From contig CBFGJR010000190.1 of the NCBI GenBank assembly GCA_965649145.1, forward strand, positions 1-25,739: a DNA stretch of 25,739 nucleotides, written 5' to 3'. Below the pieces are notes generated by a model that saw only the letters and a program-made list of their open reading frames with translations, was not told where the DNA came from and did no database searches. This stretch comes from a candidate division WOR-3 bacterium (GTDB lineage: Bacteria > Hydrothermota > Hydrothermia > Hydrothermales > JAJRUZ01). The position numbers were made by a program, and so were the translations under genes. Below, piece by piece: positions 7,740 to 16,484 of the stretch; the stretch's first letter is position 1; each line of letters opens with the position of its first letter.

Positions 7740-9788
7740 TTAATATAAAAATTCTTTTTTTTCAAGTTTTAAAGGTCTAAATGCTTTAACTTTCATCCAC
7801 AAACCTGCTCTGCCCTTAGTATGAGACCTTAAAGCTGTAACATACCCAAAGGTATTTTTTAAGGGCATCTCAGCAATTACCTTTATCCAGTCTGAGTTCT
7901 CTAACATCCCCTTTTCCAGTATAGTGGCTTCCCTCTGCATTAAATCCTGAATAACATTTCCCAAATATTCCTGAGGAACCGTAATTTCCACATAGGAATA
8001 GGGCTCAAGTAAAATAGGTTCCGCACTTTTTATCACTTCCCTACCCGCTTCATGAATGGTTAATCTTAAGCCAAGAGGGGTTATTTTTTCAATATTATAA
8101 ACTTTTTTCAAATTCATTCTCACATTCATCATTGGATAACCCGCTATAATTCCAAAATCAAGAACTTCTTTCATTGAACTCATAGCAATCTCTCTTAATT
8201 CCTCAGAAAAATTTATACTACTATCTATAACTATCTCATTTCTCATAGCCTCCATTATAGGTAAAACTTCAAGTTGAACTTTTCCATACTGGTCTTCCCC
8301 TCCTATATTTTTTTTCACCTCCTTTACAAGTTCCGCTCTCTTTAATATACTCTCTCTATAATGTACCTGGGGTTTTAATGCTCTGAATTCTAATTTATAG
8401 TCCCTCTTCAATCTATCGAGAATGATCTCAAGATGCAGTTCACCCATTCCTGATATTATTATCTGACCTGACTCCTCATCTATTTTTAAACTGAAAGTGG
8501 GGTCCTCTTCAACCATCCATTTTAATCTTTCCTCAATTTTTTTCAAATCTTTGGCTGAAACAGGTTCTATTGCCTGTGAAACAACAGGTTCAGGAAAAAG
8601 CATCTCTTCGTATAATACTGGATGTTCAGAAGAACACAAAGTATCTCCTGTCCTTACATCCTTTGGCCCAACTATCCCAACTATTTCTCCACAAAGGGCT
8701 TCCTTTATTGCATTCCGTCTATTAGCATGAAGTCTGTATAACCTCTGAACTCTTATAAGTTCTTTTGTTCTTGGATTATAGATTTTTGAATTCTGGGTAA
8801 TTTTTCCTGAATATATTCTCAAATAGCAAAGTTTTCCCATATCTTCAAAGATTTGAACCTTAAATACAACTCCACTGAAATGATCCTCAGGTGAAGGATA
8901 TCTTGAAATTTCCTTACGGGTTAAAGGGTCAATTCCTCTAATTTCTCCCCTATCTATCGGAGAAGGTAAATATAGACATATCGCATCTATTAAAGGCTGA
9001 ATACCTTTATTTCTTAATGCAGAACCTATTAAGAGAGGCAAAAATCTTTTTCCAAACACACCTTTTCTTATAGCATTATTAATTTTAACTGGATCAGGAA
9101 TTCCTTTTTCATAATAATCCTCTGCAATACTTTCGTCAATTTCCGAAAGTATTATAATCATATCCTCATAAAATTTCTTTGCTTCTTCAGGCATCTCATC
9201 TATCTCATAAACTGAGAATTGAGTTCCTAATTCATCTTTATCCCATAAAATTTTTTTATAATCAACAAAATGGTATACACCTAAAAAAAAAGATTCAATT
9301 CCAACTGGCCATTCAAGTAAAAGAGGCTTTATATTAAATTTCTTTTCTATCTGATCCAGAACTCTTAAATGATTCGCACCCTGTCTATCCATTTTATTAA
9401 TAAAGGCAATTCTTGGAACATTAAACTTTTCAGCCTGTCTCCATATTGTTTCTGACTGGGGTTCAACACCTTCCACAGCAGAAAAAATTATAACAAGACC
9501 ATCAAGAATTCTCAAAGACCTTTCAACTTCCGCGGTAAAATCCACATGACCTGGAGTATCAACTATATGTATTAAATAATCCTTCCACTCACAAAAAGTA
9601 GCAGCTGCCTGGATTGTTATACCCCTTTCTTTTTCCTGTCTCATATAATCCATTGTCGCTGTCCCTTCATCTACTTCACCCATCCTATGTATCCTTTGAG
9701 TATAAAAAAGAATTCGTTCTGTTGTTGTAGTTTTCCCGGCATCTATGTGGGCAGCAAAACCAATATTCCTCAATTTTGTTAAATCCAT
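7740..9788 (-). CDS. fusA: Elongation factor G family protein in the str operon, with a strongly diverged domain IV
   Basis: AHIDAGKTTTTERIL, ERGITI, DTPGHVDF, NKMD, SGMGELHL; located between rpsG and tuf. Confidence 0.92.
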   Translation of the reverse strand: MDLTKLRNIGFAAHIDAGKTTTTERILFYTQRIHRMGEVDEGTATMDYMRQEKERGITIQAAATFCEWKDYLIHIVDTPGHVDFTAEVERSLRILDGLVIIFSAVEGVEPQSETIWRQAEKFNVPRIAFINKMDRQGANHLRVLDQIEKKFNIKPLLLEWPVGIESFFLGVYHFVDYKKILWDKDELGTQFSVYEIDEMPEEAKKFYEDMIIILSEIDESIAEDYYEKGIPDPVKINNAIRKGVFGKRFLPLLIGSALRNKGIQPLIDAICLYLPSPIDRGEIRGIDPLTRKEISRYPSPEDHFSGVVFKVQIFEDMGKLCYLRIYSGKITQNSKIYNPRTKELIRVQRLYRLHANRRNAIKEALCGEIVGIVGPKDVRTGDTLCSSEHPVLYEEMLFPEPVVSQAIEPVSAKDLKKIEERLKWMVEEDPTFSLKIDEESGQIIISGMGELHLEIILDRLKRDYKLEFRALKPQVHYRESILKRAELVKEVKKNIGGEDQYGKVQLEVLPIMEAMRNEIVIDSSINFSEELREIAMSSMKEVLDFGIIAGYPMMNVRMNLKKVYNIEKITPLGLRLTIHEAGREVIKSAEPILLEPYSYVEITVPQEYLGNVIQDLMQREATILEKGMLENSDWIKVIAEMPLKNTFGYVTALRSHTKGRAGLWMKVKAFRPLKLEKKEFLY

Positions 9789-9870
9789 AGGTTTAATAAT
9801 TTATCTTAGAAGGATTTTAATATAAAATTATTTTCCTCTGATTCCTTACCTCTACTCCCATTTCCAAAAT

Positions 9871-10720
<850 letters not shown>

Positions 10721-10733
10721 TAAATGATAGTTT

Positions 10734-10766
10734 ATAAGATGGGGATTAGAACCCAATTTATCTTAT
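10734..10766 (-). promoter_or_regulatory. T-loop hairpin in the rpsL leader
   Basis: ATAAGAT-AAATT-GGG TTCTAAT CCC-C-ATCTTAT; ATAAGAT/ATCTTAT is a perfect 7-bp pair. Confidence 0.6.
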
Positions 10767-10768
10767 TA

Positions 10769-10797
10769 ATTATAATCTCAAAAATTAAAAAATTCAA
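10769..10797 (-). promoter_or_regulatory. Sigma70-type promoter of the str/S10 operon
   Basis: TTGAAT (10797-10792), 17 nt spacer, TATAAT (10774-10769). Confidence 0.75.
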
Positions 10798-10895
10798 ACT
10801 GCTCAAAAATATACAACTTTTAAAATCAAAAAGTTCAAATTCCTGAAAGTAAAAGAAAATAAGAAGCTTGAAAAGATACTTTTGAAAATAAATGT

Positions 10896-10924
10896 TTGAC
10901 TTAAGAATAAGAATTTCATAAAAT
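10896..10924 (+). promoter_or_regulatory. Sigma70-type promoter of the HEPN-MNT pair, likely giving a leaderless mRNA
   Basis: TTGACT (10896-10901), 17 nt spacer, TAAAAT (10919-10924); ATG follows 7 nt later at 10932 with no SD. Confidence 0.7.
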
Positions 10925-10931
10925 TTGAGTG

Positions 10932-11336
10932 ATGAACCCGAAAGAAATTGAATTTTTAAAACAGAGAAGTAAAGAATTTTATGAAAATGCCCTCAGTTTA
11001 TTTAAAGAAAAAAAATATAATCTCGCCGCTTTTAACATTGAACAATCTTGTCAACTTTATTTGAAATACTTAATAGGTAAAAAAATAGGGGAATGGCCAA
11101 AAACTCATTATTTGGACGAATTAATAGAGGAATTATCGGATGTTTATGAGAGAAAAGAAATTTTAGAATATTTTAAGAACAAGGAACTATTTTTCCAAAA
11201 TTTAACAGATGCTTATTTTACTTCAAGATATCATCCCAAAAATTTTACTCTAAATTTAACTCAACAACTAATCACAAATTATCAAAATTTTATCAAATTC
11301 TTAGAGGAGAGTTTAGGTGATAAATTTTTAAAATGA
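10932..11336 (+). CDS. HEPN domain protein (COG2250-like family common in thermophilic archaea)
   Basis: All-helical pattern with AAFNIEQSCQLYLK, PKTHYLDEL and AYFTSRY; ATGA overlap with a minimal nucleotidyltransferase gene. GTG 10929 is an alternative start. Confidence 0.85.
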   Translation: MNPKEIEFLKQRSKEFYENALSLFKEKKYNLAAFNIEQSCQLYLKYLIGKKIGEWPKTHYLDELIEELSDVYERKEILEYFKNKELFFQNLTDAYFTSRYHPKNFTLNLTQQLITNYQNFIKFLEESLGDKFLK

Positions 11337-11689
11337 AAACCTTAATTCAATTAAAAAAGAAAATTTGGCAGAAAAGAAAAAGATACTTTGAAAATTATCT
11401 TTTTTGGAGCAGAAAAATTAAACAAAAAACCATAGAAATTTTAGGAGAAGATGTTAAAGTTTTAGTTTTCGGCTCTATTGTTAAAGGAGAATGGGGACCA
11501 AACAGTGATATTGACATTCTAATTATTTCAGAAAAACTTTCTAAAAACTGGGAAGAAAATACCTGGATTAAAACAGAAATTAAAAAATCTATTGACCTTT
11601 TCTCTCCGTTTCAGATTCATTTAGCCACACCACAGGAATACCAAAACTGGTATCAAAAATTCATAAAAGGAGATTTTAAAGAGATTTAA
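11333..11689 (+). CDS. Minimal nucleotidyltransferase (MNT; Pol-beta superfamily)
   Basis: FGS-X10-DxD motif (FGSIVKGEWGPNSDIDILII); 118 aa; translationally coupled to the HEPN gene. Confidence 0.9.
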   Translation: MKTLIQLKKKIWQKRKRYFENYLFWSRKIKQKTIEILGEDVKVLVFGSIVKGEWGPNSDIDILIISEKLSKNWEENTWIKTEIKKSIDLFSPFQIHLATPQEYQNWYQKFIKGDFKEI

Positions 11690-11756
11690 ACTCTAAATAA
11701 TATCAGGGCAAGGACAAACCTATTTTATCCTAAATACTATGGGATTAAACATATTA

Positions 11757-11785
11757 TTGAAAAGATAAATTTCTTCTATTATAAT
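11757..11785 (+). promoter_or_regulatory. Sigma70-type promoter for tRNA-Thr and the tsaC-purM unit
   Basis: TTGAAA (11757-11762), 17 nt spacer, TATAAT (11780-11785). Confidence 0.75.
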
Positions 11786-11793
11786 AAAGAAAT

Positions 11794-11866
11794 GCCCGTG
11801 TAGCTCAGGCGGTAGAGCACTTCCTTGGTAAGGAAGAGGCCGCCGGTTCGAGTCCGGCCGCGGGCT
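11794..11866 (+). tRNA. tRNA-Thr(GGT); CCA end not encoded
   Basis: Cloverleaf: acceptor GCCCGTG/CGCGGGC, D arm GCTC/GAGC, anticodon arm CTTCC-TTGGTAA-GGAAG, T arm GCCGG-TTCGAGT-CCGGC, discriminator T followed by TTT. Confidence 0.97.
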
Positions 11867-11878
11867 TTTCAAATAATC

Positions 11879-12961
11879 TTGGAAATCAAAATACCTCAAA
11901 AAAGCTTCAAAAGAGCAGTTGAAATTCTTAAAAAGGGAGGAGTTATAATAGTTCCCACAGATACAGTTTCTGGATTTGTTACTCCCTACTGGTCTTATGA
12001 GGGTATAAATCGTATTTATAAAATAAAAAGAAGAGAAAAGGGAAAAGTACTTGGGCTTTTTATTTCTGATAATAAAGATGTAAAAAAATTTGCAAGAAAT
12101 ATTACAGAAACAAGAAAAAGAATATTCCATAATCTGTGGCCAGGTCAACTTACTTTACTCTTTAAAAGTAAAAATAACCTTCCTGAGTATCTGGTTCATA
12201 AGGAAAAAAAAACAGTCGCACTCAGAATACCCTCTCATCCACTTATTTTAAAACTAATTAATGAAGTTGGACCCCTTGTTCAGACATCTGTCAATATTTC
12301 AGGTGAGAAGGAAATTACAAAATATAGTGAAATTTATGAAAAATTTGGTAAGTATGTGGACTATGTATATCCCCAGGATTCCTATGGAAATATTTCATCT
12401 ACAATTCTTGATGTCTCAAAGTATCCCTTTAAAATGATAAGAAAAGGACCAGTTGGAATAAGTCAGATTGAAAATGTCCTTTTAAAAAAAATTAAAATCT
12501 CAAAAGATATAAAAACAAATATTCTTTTCGTATGCACCGGGAACACCTGCAGATCACCTATGGCAATGGGAATTCTCTATTCACTTTTAGATAAGGAATT
12601 AAAAGATTTAGTAAATGTAAAATCAGCAGGTCTTTTAACCTATGATGGGCTTCCTATCTCAGAAAATACTTTAAAAGTTCTTCAAAAATTTTATAATGTA
12701 AATCTATCCTATTACAGAACAAAAAAATTAAGAAGGGAAGACCTTGACTGGGCTGATTTTATTTATGTAATGGAAAGGAAACACTTAAGGGAAATTCAAA
12801 AAATGGGATACTATGAAAAGGTAAAGTTACTTTATCCCGGTGAAAACCCTTCCGATATACCTGACCCATTTGGTAAAGATTTTAAATTCTATGTGGATGT
12901 TTCAAAAATTATAGAAGAAAGTATTAAAAAAATTCTTAAGGAAATTAAATACAGGTACTAA
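11879..12961 (+). CDS. tsaC: Fusion of L-threonylcarbamoyladenylate synthase (TsaC/YrdC/Sua5 domain) and a low-molecular-weight phosphatase (YwlE/arginine-phosphatase-like)
   Basis: N-terminal IVPTDTVSG, KIKRR, VALRIP and TSVNISG; C-terminal FVCTGNTCRSPMA and DIPDPFG. The track start (11825) lies inside the tRNA, so the first plausible start is TTG 11879; the exact start is uncertain. Confidence 0.85.
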   Translation: MEIKIPQKSFKRAVEILKKGGVIIVPTDTVSGFVTPYWSYEGINRIYKIKRREKGKVLGLFISDNKDVKKFARNITETRKRIFHNLWPGQLTLLFKSKNNLPEYLVHKEKKTVALRIPSHPLILKLINEVGPLVQTSVNISGEKEITKYSEIYEKFGKYVDYVYPQDSYGNISSTILDVSKYPFKMIRKGPVGISQIENVLLKKIKISKDIKTNILFVCTGNTCRSPMAMGILYSLLDKELKDLVNVKSAGLLTYDGLPISENTLKVLQKFYNVNLSYYRTKKLRREDLDWADFIYVMERKHLREIQKMGYYEKVKLLYPGENPSDIPDPFGKDFKFYVDVSKIIEESIKKILKEIKYRY

Positions 12962-13926
12962 TGAAATATAAAGATGCGGGAGTAGATCTAAAGAAGGCTG
13001 AATCTGTATCAAAAATATTCAAAATTTTAACAAACCAGGAAGAAAGGTTCTCAGGTATTTATGACCTTGGTGAATTTTTTCTTGCCGCTACCTGTGATGG
13101 AGTAGGAACCAAAACTCAGGTTGCAAGATTAACAAAATATTATGAAATTTTAGGTGAAGATATTGTTAATCACTGTGTTAATGACCTTTTATGCCAGGGA
13201 GCAAAACCTTTATTTTTTCTTGATTACATAGCCTCATCAAAACTTGATTTAAAAATAGTAAAAAAAATTGCAAAGGGGATATTAAAGGCTTTGAAAGAAA
13301 ACGGTAATATACCCCTTTTAGGTGGTGAAACAGCTGAAATGCCTGATATATATAGTAAAGAAGAATGGGATATTGTTGGATTTTGTGTAGGTATTATTAA
13401 AAAGGAAAACCTGCTCCCAAAAGAAATAAAAATTGGTGATATTCTCATAGGTTTCCCTTCAACAGGACTTCATACCAACGGATACTCACTTGCAAGAAAA
13501 ATTCTTTTAAAAAAATATAAATTAGAAAAAAAATTTAATGGATATACTCTTAAAGATTTATTGCTTAAACCGCATAAAAGTTATTTCAATATGCTCTATC
13601 CATTAATTGAAAAAAATCTAATAAAGGGACTTGCACATATAACAGGTGGAGGAATTGAAGGAAATTTAAAAAGAATTTTAAGAGGTGGACTTGGATTTGA
13701 AATAGATATAAGAGAAATTGATAAACCATTAATTTTTGATATTATAGAAATTGAGGGAAATGTGCCAAGAGACGAAATGTTAAAGGTCTTCAATATGGGA
13801 ATAGGTATGATAGCTGTAATAGATAGTAAAGATTTTGAAACTGTTAGAAGCACTTTAATTGATAAAAAAGCCAAATTCTACCTTATTGGAGAAATCATAA
13901 AAGGTAAAAGAATAATAATTTCTTAG
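12961..13926 (+). CDS. purM: Phosphoribosylformylglycinamidine cyclo-ligase (AIR synthetase)
   Basis: YKDAGVD, DGVGTK, GGETAEMP, STGLHTNGYSL, AHITGGG, FNMGIGM; TAATG overlap with the upstream gene. Confidence 0.96.
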   Translation: MKYKDAGVDLKKAESVSKIFKILTNQEERFSGIYDLGEFFLAATCDGVGTKTQVARLTKYYEILGEDIVNHCVNDLLCQGAKPLFFLDYIASSKLDLKIVKKIAKGILKALKENGNIPLLGGETAEMPDIYSKEEWDIVGFCVGIIKKENLLPKEIKIGDILIGFPSTGLHTNGYSLARKILLKKYKLEKKFNGYTLKDLLLKPHKSYFNMLYPLIEKNLIKGLAHITGGGIEGNLKRILRGGLGFEIDIREIDKPLIFDIIEIEGNVPRDEMLKVFNMGIGMIAVIDSKDFETVRSTLIDKKAKFYLIGEIIKGKRIIIS

Positions 13927-13956
13927 AATCCCTTTATTATTCAAAATTCAGGGTTT

Positions 13957-13986
13957 TTGAAAATAAAAAGGCATTTGCCTTATAAT
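13957..13986 (+). promoter_or_regulatory. Putative sigma70 promoter of gyrA
   Basis: TTGAAA (13957-13962), 18 nt spacer, TATAAT (13981-13986); AAGGAGG SD about 10 nt before ATG 14061. Confidence 0.6.
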
Positions 13987-14060
13987 TTTTTATGAAAAAA
14001 CTTCTAAAAATTTTTTATTTTTTTAATCTCATAAATAACCCAAAAAGGAGGAAAAAATAA

Positions 14061-16484
14061 ATGTCTGAAAGAATCATAGGTGCTCCAATAGAAGACGAGA
14101 TGACTATAAGCTATATAGATTATGCAATGAGTGTCATTGTTGGAAGAGCTCTTCCTGATGTGAGAGATGGCTTGAAACCTGTTCACAGGAGAATTCTTTA
14201 TGCTATGTACGAAGCAGGATTACTCCCTACAAGACCTTTCAAAAAAAGTGCAACAGTTGTAGGTGATGTTCTCGGTAAATACCACCCTCATGGTGATATG
14301 GCAGTATATGATGCTCTTGTTAGAATGGCTCAGGATTTTTCACTGAGATACCCTCTAATTGAAGGACAGGGTAATTTTGGGTCAATAGATGGTGACCCAC
14401 CCGCTGCATACAGATACACCGAGGCAAGACTTTCAAAAATATCAATGGAAATGCTAAGAGATATAGATAAGGATACAGTGGATTTTGTACCCAATTTTGA
14501 TGGAAGATTAAAAGAACCTCTCGTTTTACCTTCCCTTTTACCTAACTTAATAGTAAATGGTTCAACAGGAATTGCTGTTGGTATGTCAACAAATATACCG
14601 CCACATAATCTAACTGAAACCGTTGATGCACTTTTATATTTAATAGATAATCCCGATTGTAAAGATGAAGAAATCTTTGAAATAATAAAGGGACCTGATT
14701 TTCCCACAGGAGGAATTATACTCGGAAAAAAGGGAATAATTGATTATTTTAAAACAGGAAGAGGAACAGTCACTGTAAGAGCAAGATACTACATTGAAGA
14801 AAAAGGGAGAAAAAAAATTATCTTTACTGAAATACCCTATCTTGTAAATAAATCCAATTTACTTGAAAGAATAGCAGAACTTGTTAGGGAGAAAAAGATT
14901 GAAGGTATACAGGATTTAAGGGATGAGTCAGACAGAGAAGGCTTAAGAATTGTTATCGAACTTAAAAAGGGGATTTCTGAGAAATTTGTTTTAAACCAGC
15001 TTTTTAAATATACCCAGCTTCAGGACCGTTTTGGAGTAATAATGCTTGCACTCTCAGATAATGAGCCGAGGGTGCTTTCTTTAAGAGAAATTCTTAACCA
15101 TTATTTAAAGCACAGGGAAGAAGTTACAAGAAGAAAAACCGAATTTTTACTTAAGAAAGCTCTTGAAAGGGCACATATACTTGAGGGACTTAAGATTGCT
15201 CTTAAAGATATAGACAGAGTAATAGAATTAATTAAGAAATCAAAGGATCCAAAGGAGGCAAAAGATAAATTAATGAAAGAATTTAAATTGAGTGAGATTC
15301 AGGCGCAGGCTATACTGGATATGAAATTACAGACCCTTACAAAACTTGAGATGTCAAAAATTGAAGAAGAGTATGAAAAATTAATCAAGGAAATTGAGAG
15401 ACTGAGAGGTATCCTGGAGAATAAAGGATTATTATTCCAGGAAATAAAGAAGGAGTTAATTGAAATAAAAGAAAAATACGGGGACAATAGGAGAACTGAT
15501 ATTGAGGGAGAAGAGCCTGAGGAGATTGATATTGAAAAATTAATAAAAAAGGAAAAGATATTAATTTTGCTTTCAAAAAATGGTTATATAAAAAGAGTCC
15601 AGGGTTCTTATTTAAAAACTCAAACAAGAGGAACACAGGGGCAAAAAGGACTTCTGCTTGATGAAGATGATTTTCCTGAAGATGTCTTCTATGCCTTTTC
15701 TCATGATTATGTTATATTCGTTTCAAATAAAGGTAAGGTTTATTCCTTAAAAGCTTATGAAATTCCTGAAAGTGGTTTAAGAGGAAAAGGTAAGCCAGTA
15801 AACCAAATCTTAAATTTATCAGAAAATGAAAAAATTGTTGATATGATTCCTGTTTCAGAATTTAAGAAAAGTCAATATTTATTCCTTATAACAAAAAAGG
15901 GAATAATAAAAAAAACAAGTTTAGAACTTTTTAAAAACGCAGGAAAAAGAGGAATTATTGCTCAGGGTTTAAAGGAAGGGGATGAAACCATTGATGGAAT
16001 TCTTGTTGGAGATGAAGATGACATTATACTTTTAAAATCTAATGGTCTTGCATCACGAATAAAATCTAAGATTGTAAGACCTATGGGAAGAACAGGCTGT
16101 GGTGTAATTGGTATAAATACCAGGGATGCAGACTGTGTCTCAGGCACTCTCATAAAGGATGATTCTTCACTTCTTGTTGTAACAGAAAAAGGTTATGGTA
16201 AGAGATTCAATCCTAAGGAGATACAGGCAAAGGGGAGGGGGACAAAGGGGATGATTGTCCAGAAGATAAATGAAAAAACAGGAAAAGCAATATGGATAAG
16301 AAGTTTTTCTTCAAAGGACCATCTTGTTCTCTTAACAAGTTCTTCAAAACTTTTAAGACAGAAATCAGAAGATATACCTTTGCTTTCAAGGTCCACAAAA
16401 GGTGTAAAATTAATAAAGGTTAAAGAGGATGAAAAAATTGTTGGATGTGCAAGAATTCCCTATGAGGAGGAAATAGATGTTTAA
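14061..16484 (+). CDS. gyrA: DNA gyrase subunit A (type IIA topoisomerase A subunit with a beta-pinwheel CTD)
   Basis: [23 protein letters not shown], catalytic [24 protein letters not shown], GyrA-box-like QTRGTQG and six CTD blade repeats. Confidence 0.93.
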   Translation: MSERIIGAPIEDEMTISYIDYAMSVIVGRALPDVRDGLKPVHRRILYAMYEAGLLPTRPFKKSATVVGDVLGKYHPHGDMAVYDALVRMAQDFSLRYPLIEGQGNFGSIDGDPPAAYRYTEARLSKISMEMLRDIDKDTVDFVPNFDGRLKEPLVLPSLLPNLIVNGSTGIAVGMSTNIPPHNLTETVDALLYLIDNPDCKDEEIFEIIKGPDFPTGGIILGKKGIIDYFKTGRGTVTVRARYYIEEKGRKKIIFTEIPYLVNKSNLLERIAELVREKKIEGIQDLRDESDREGLRIVIELKKGISEKFVLNQLFKYTQLQDRFGVIMLALSDNEPRVLSLREILNHYLKHREEVTRRKTEFLLKKALERAHILEGLKIALKDIDRVIELIKKSKDPKEAKDKLMKEFKLSEIQAQAILDMKLQTLTKLEMSKIEEEYEKLIKEIERLRGILENKGLLFQEIKKELIEIKEKYGDNRRTDIEGEEPEEIDIEKLIKKEKILILLSKNGYIKRVQGSYLKTQTRGTQGQKGLLLDEDDFPEDVFYAFSHDYVIFVSNKGKVYSLKAYEIPESGLRGKGKPVNQILNLSENEKIVDMIPVSEFKKSQYLFLITKKGIIKKTSLELFKNAGKRGIIAQGLKEGDETIDGILVGDEDDIILLKSNGLASRIKSKIVRPMGRTGCGVIGINTRDADCVSGTLIKDDSSLLVVTEKGYGKRFNPKEIQAKGRGTKGMIVQKINEKTGKAIWIRSFSSKDHLVLLTSSSKLLRQKSEDIPLLSRSTKGVKLIKVKEDEKIVGCARIPYEEEIDV

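Noticed and set aside
9789-9870. Possible attenuator or S7-binding structure in the 82-nt rpsG-fusA gap
   Set aside because: A purine-rich stretch can pair with TCCTTCT, but the stem is irregular and AT-rich with no U-tract, and cannot be supported without folding or conservation data.
10721-10756. 12-aa N-terminal extension of S12 ([12 protein letters not shown]) from the ORF track
   Set aside because: S12 homologs begin at MPTI, and the extension simply reads through the leader hairpin from a TTG with no SD.
10800-11793. HEPN-MNT as an integrative island inserted at tRNA-Thr
   Set aside because: It lies on the 5' side of the tRNA, and no integrase, transposase, terminal repeats or duplicated tRNA 3' end (att site) is visible.
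11825-11878. ORF-track start of the TsaC fusion, and the antisense 142-aa ORF 11720..12148
   Set aside because: Both overlap the tRNA gene; the SPRPDSNRRPLPYQGSALPPELHG segment is the typical artefact of translating a tRNA antisense.
14061-16484. Calling the topoisomerase subunit ParC
   Set aside because: A GyrA-box-like motif, a full six-bladed CTD and a GyrA-like N-terminus favour gyrA; the residual doubt is recorded as a finding.
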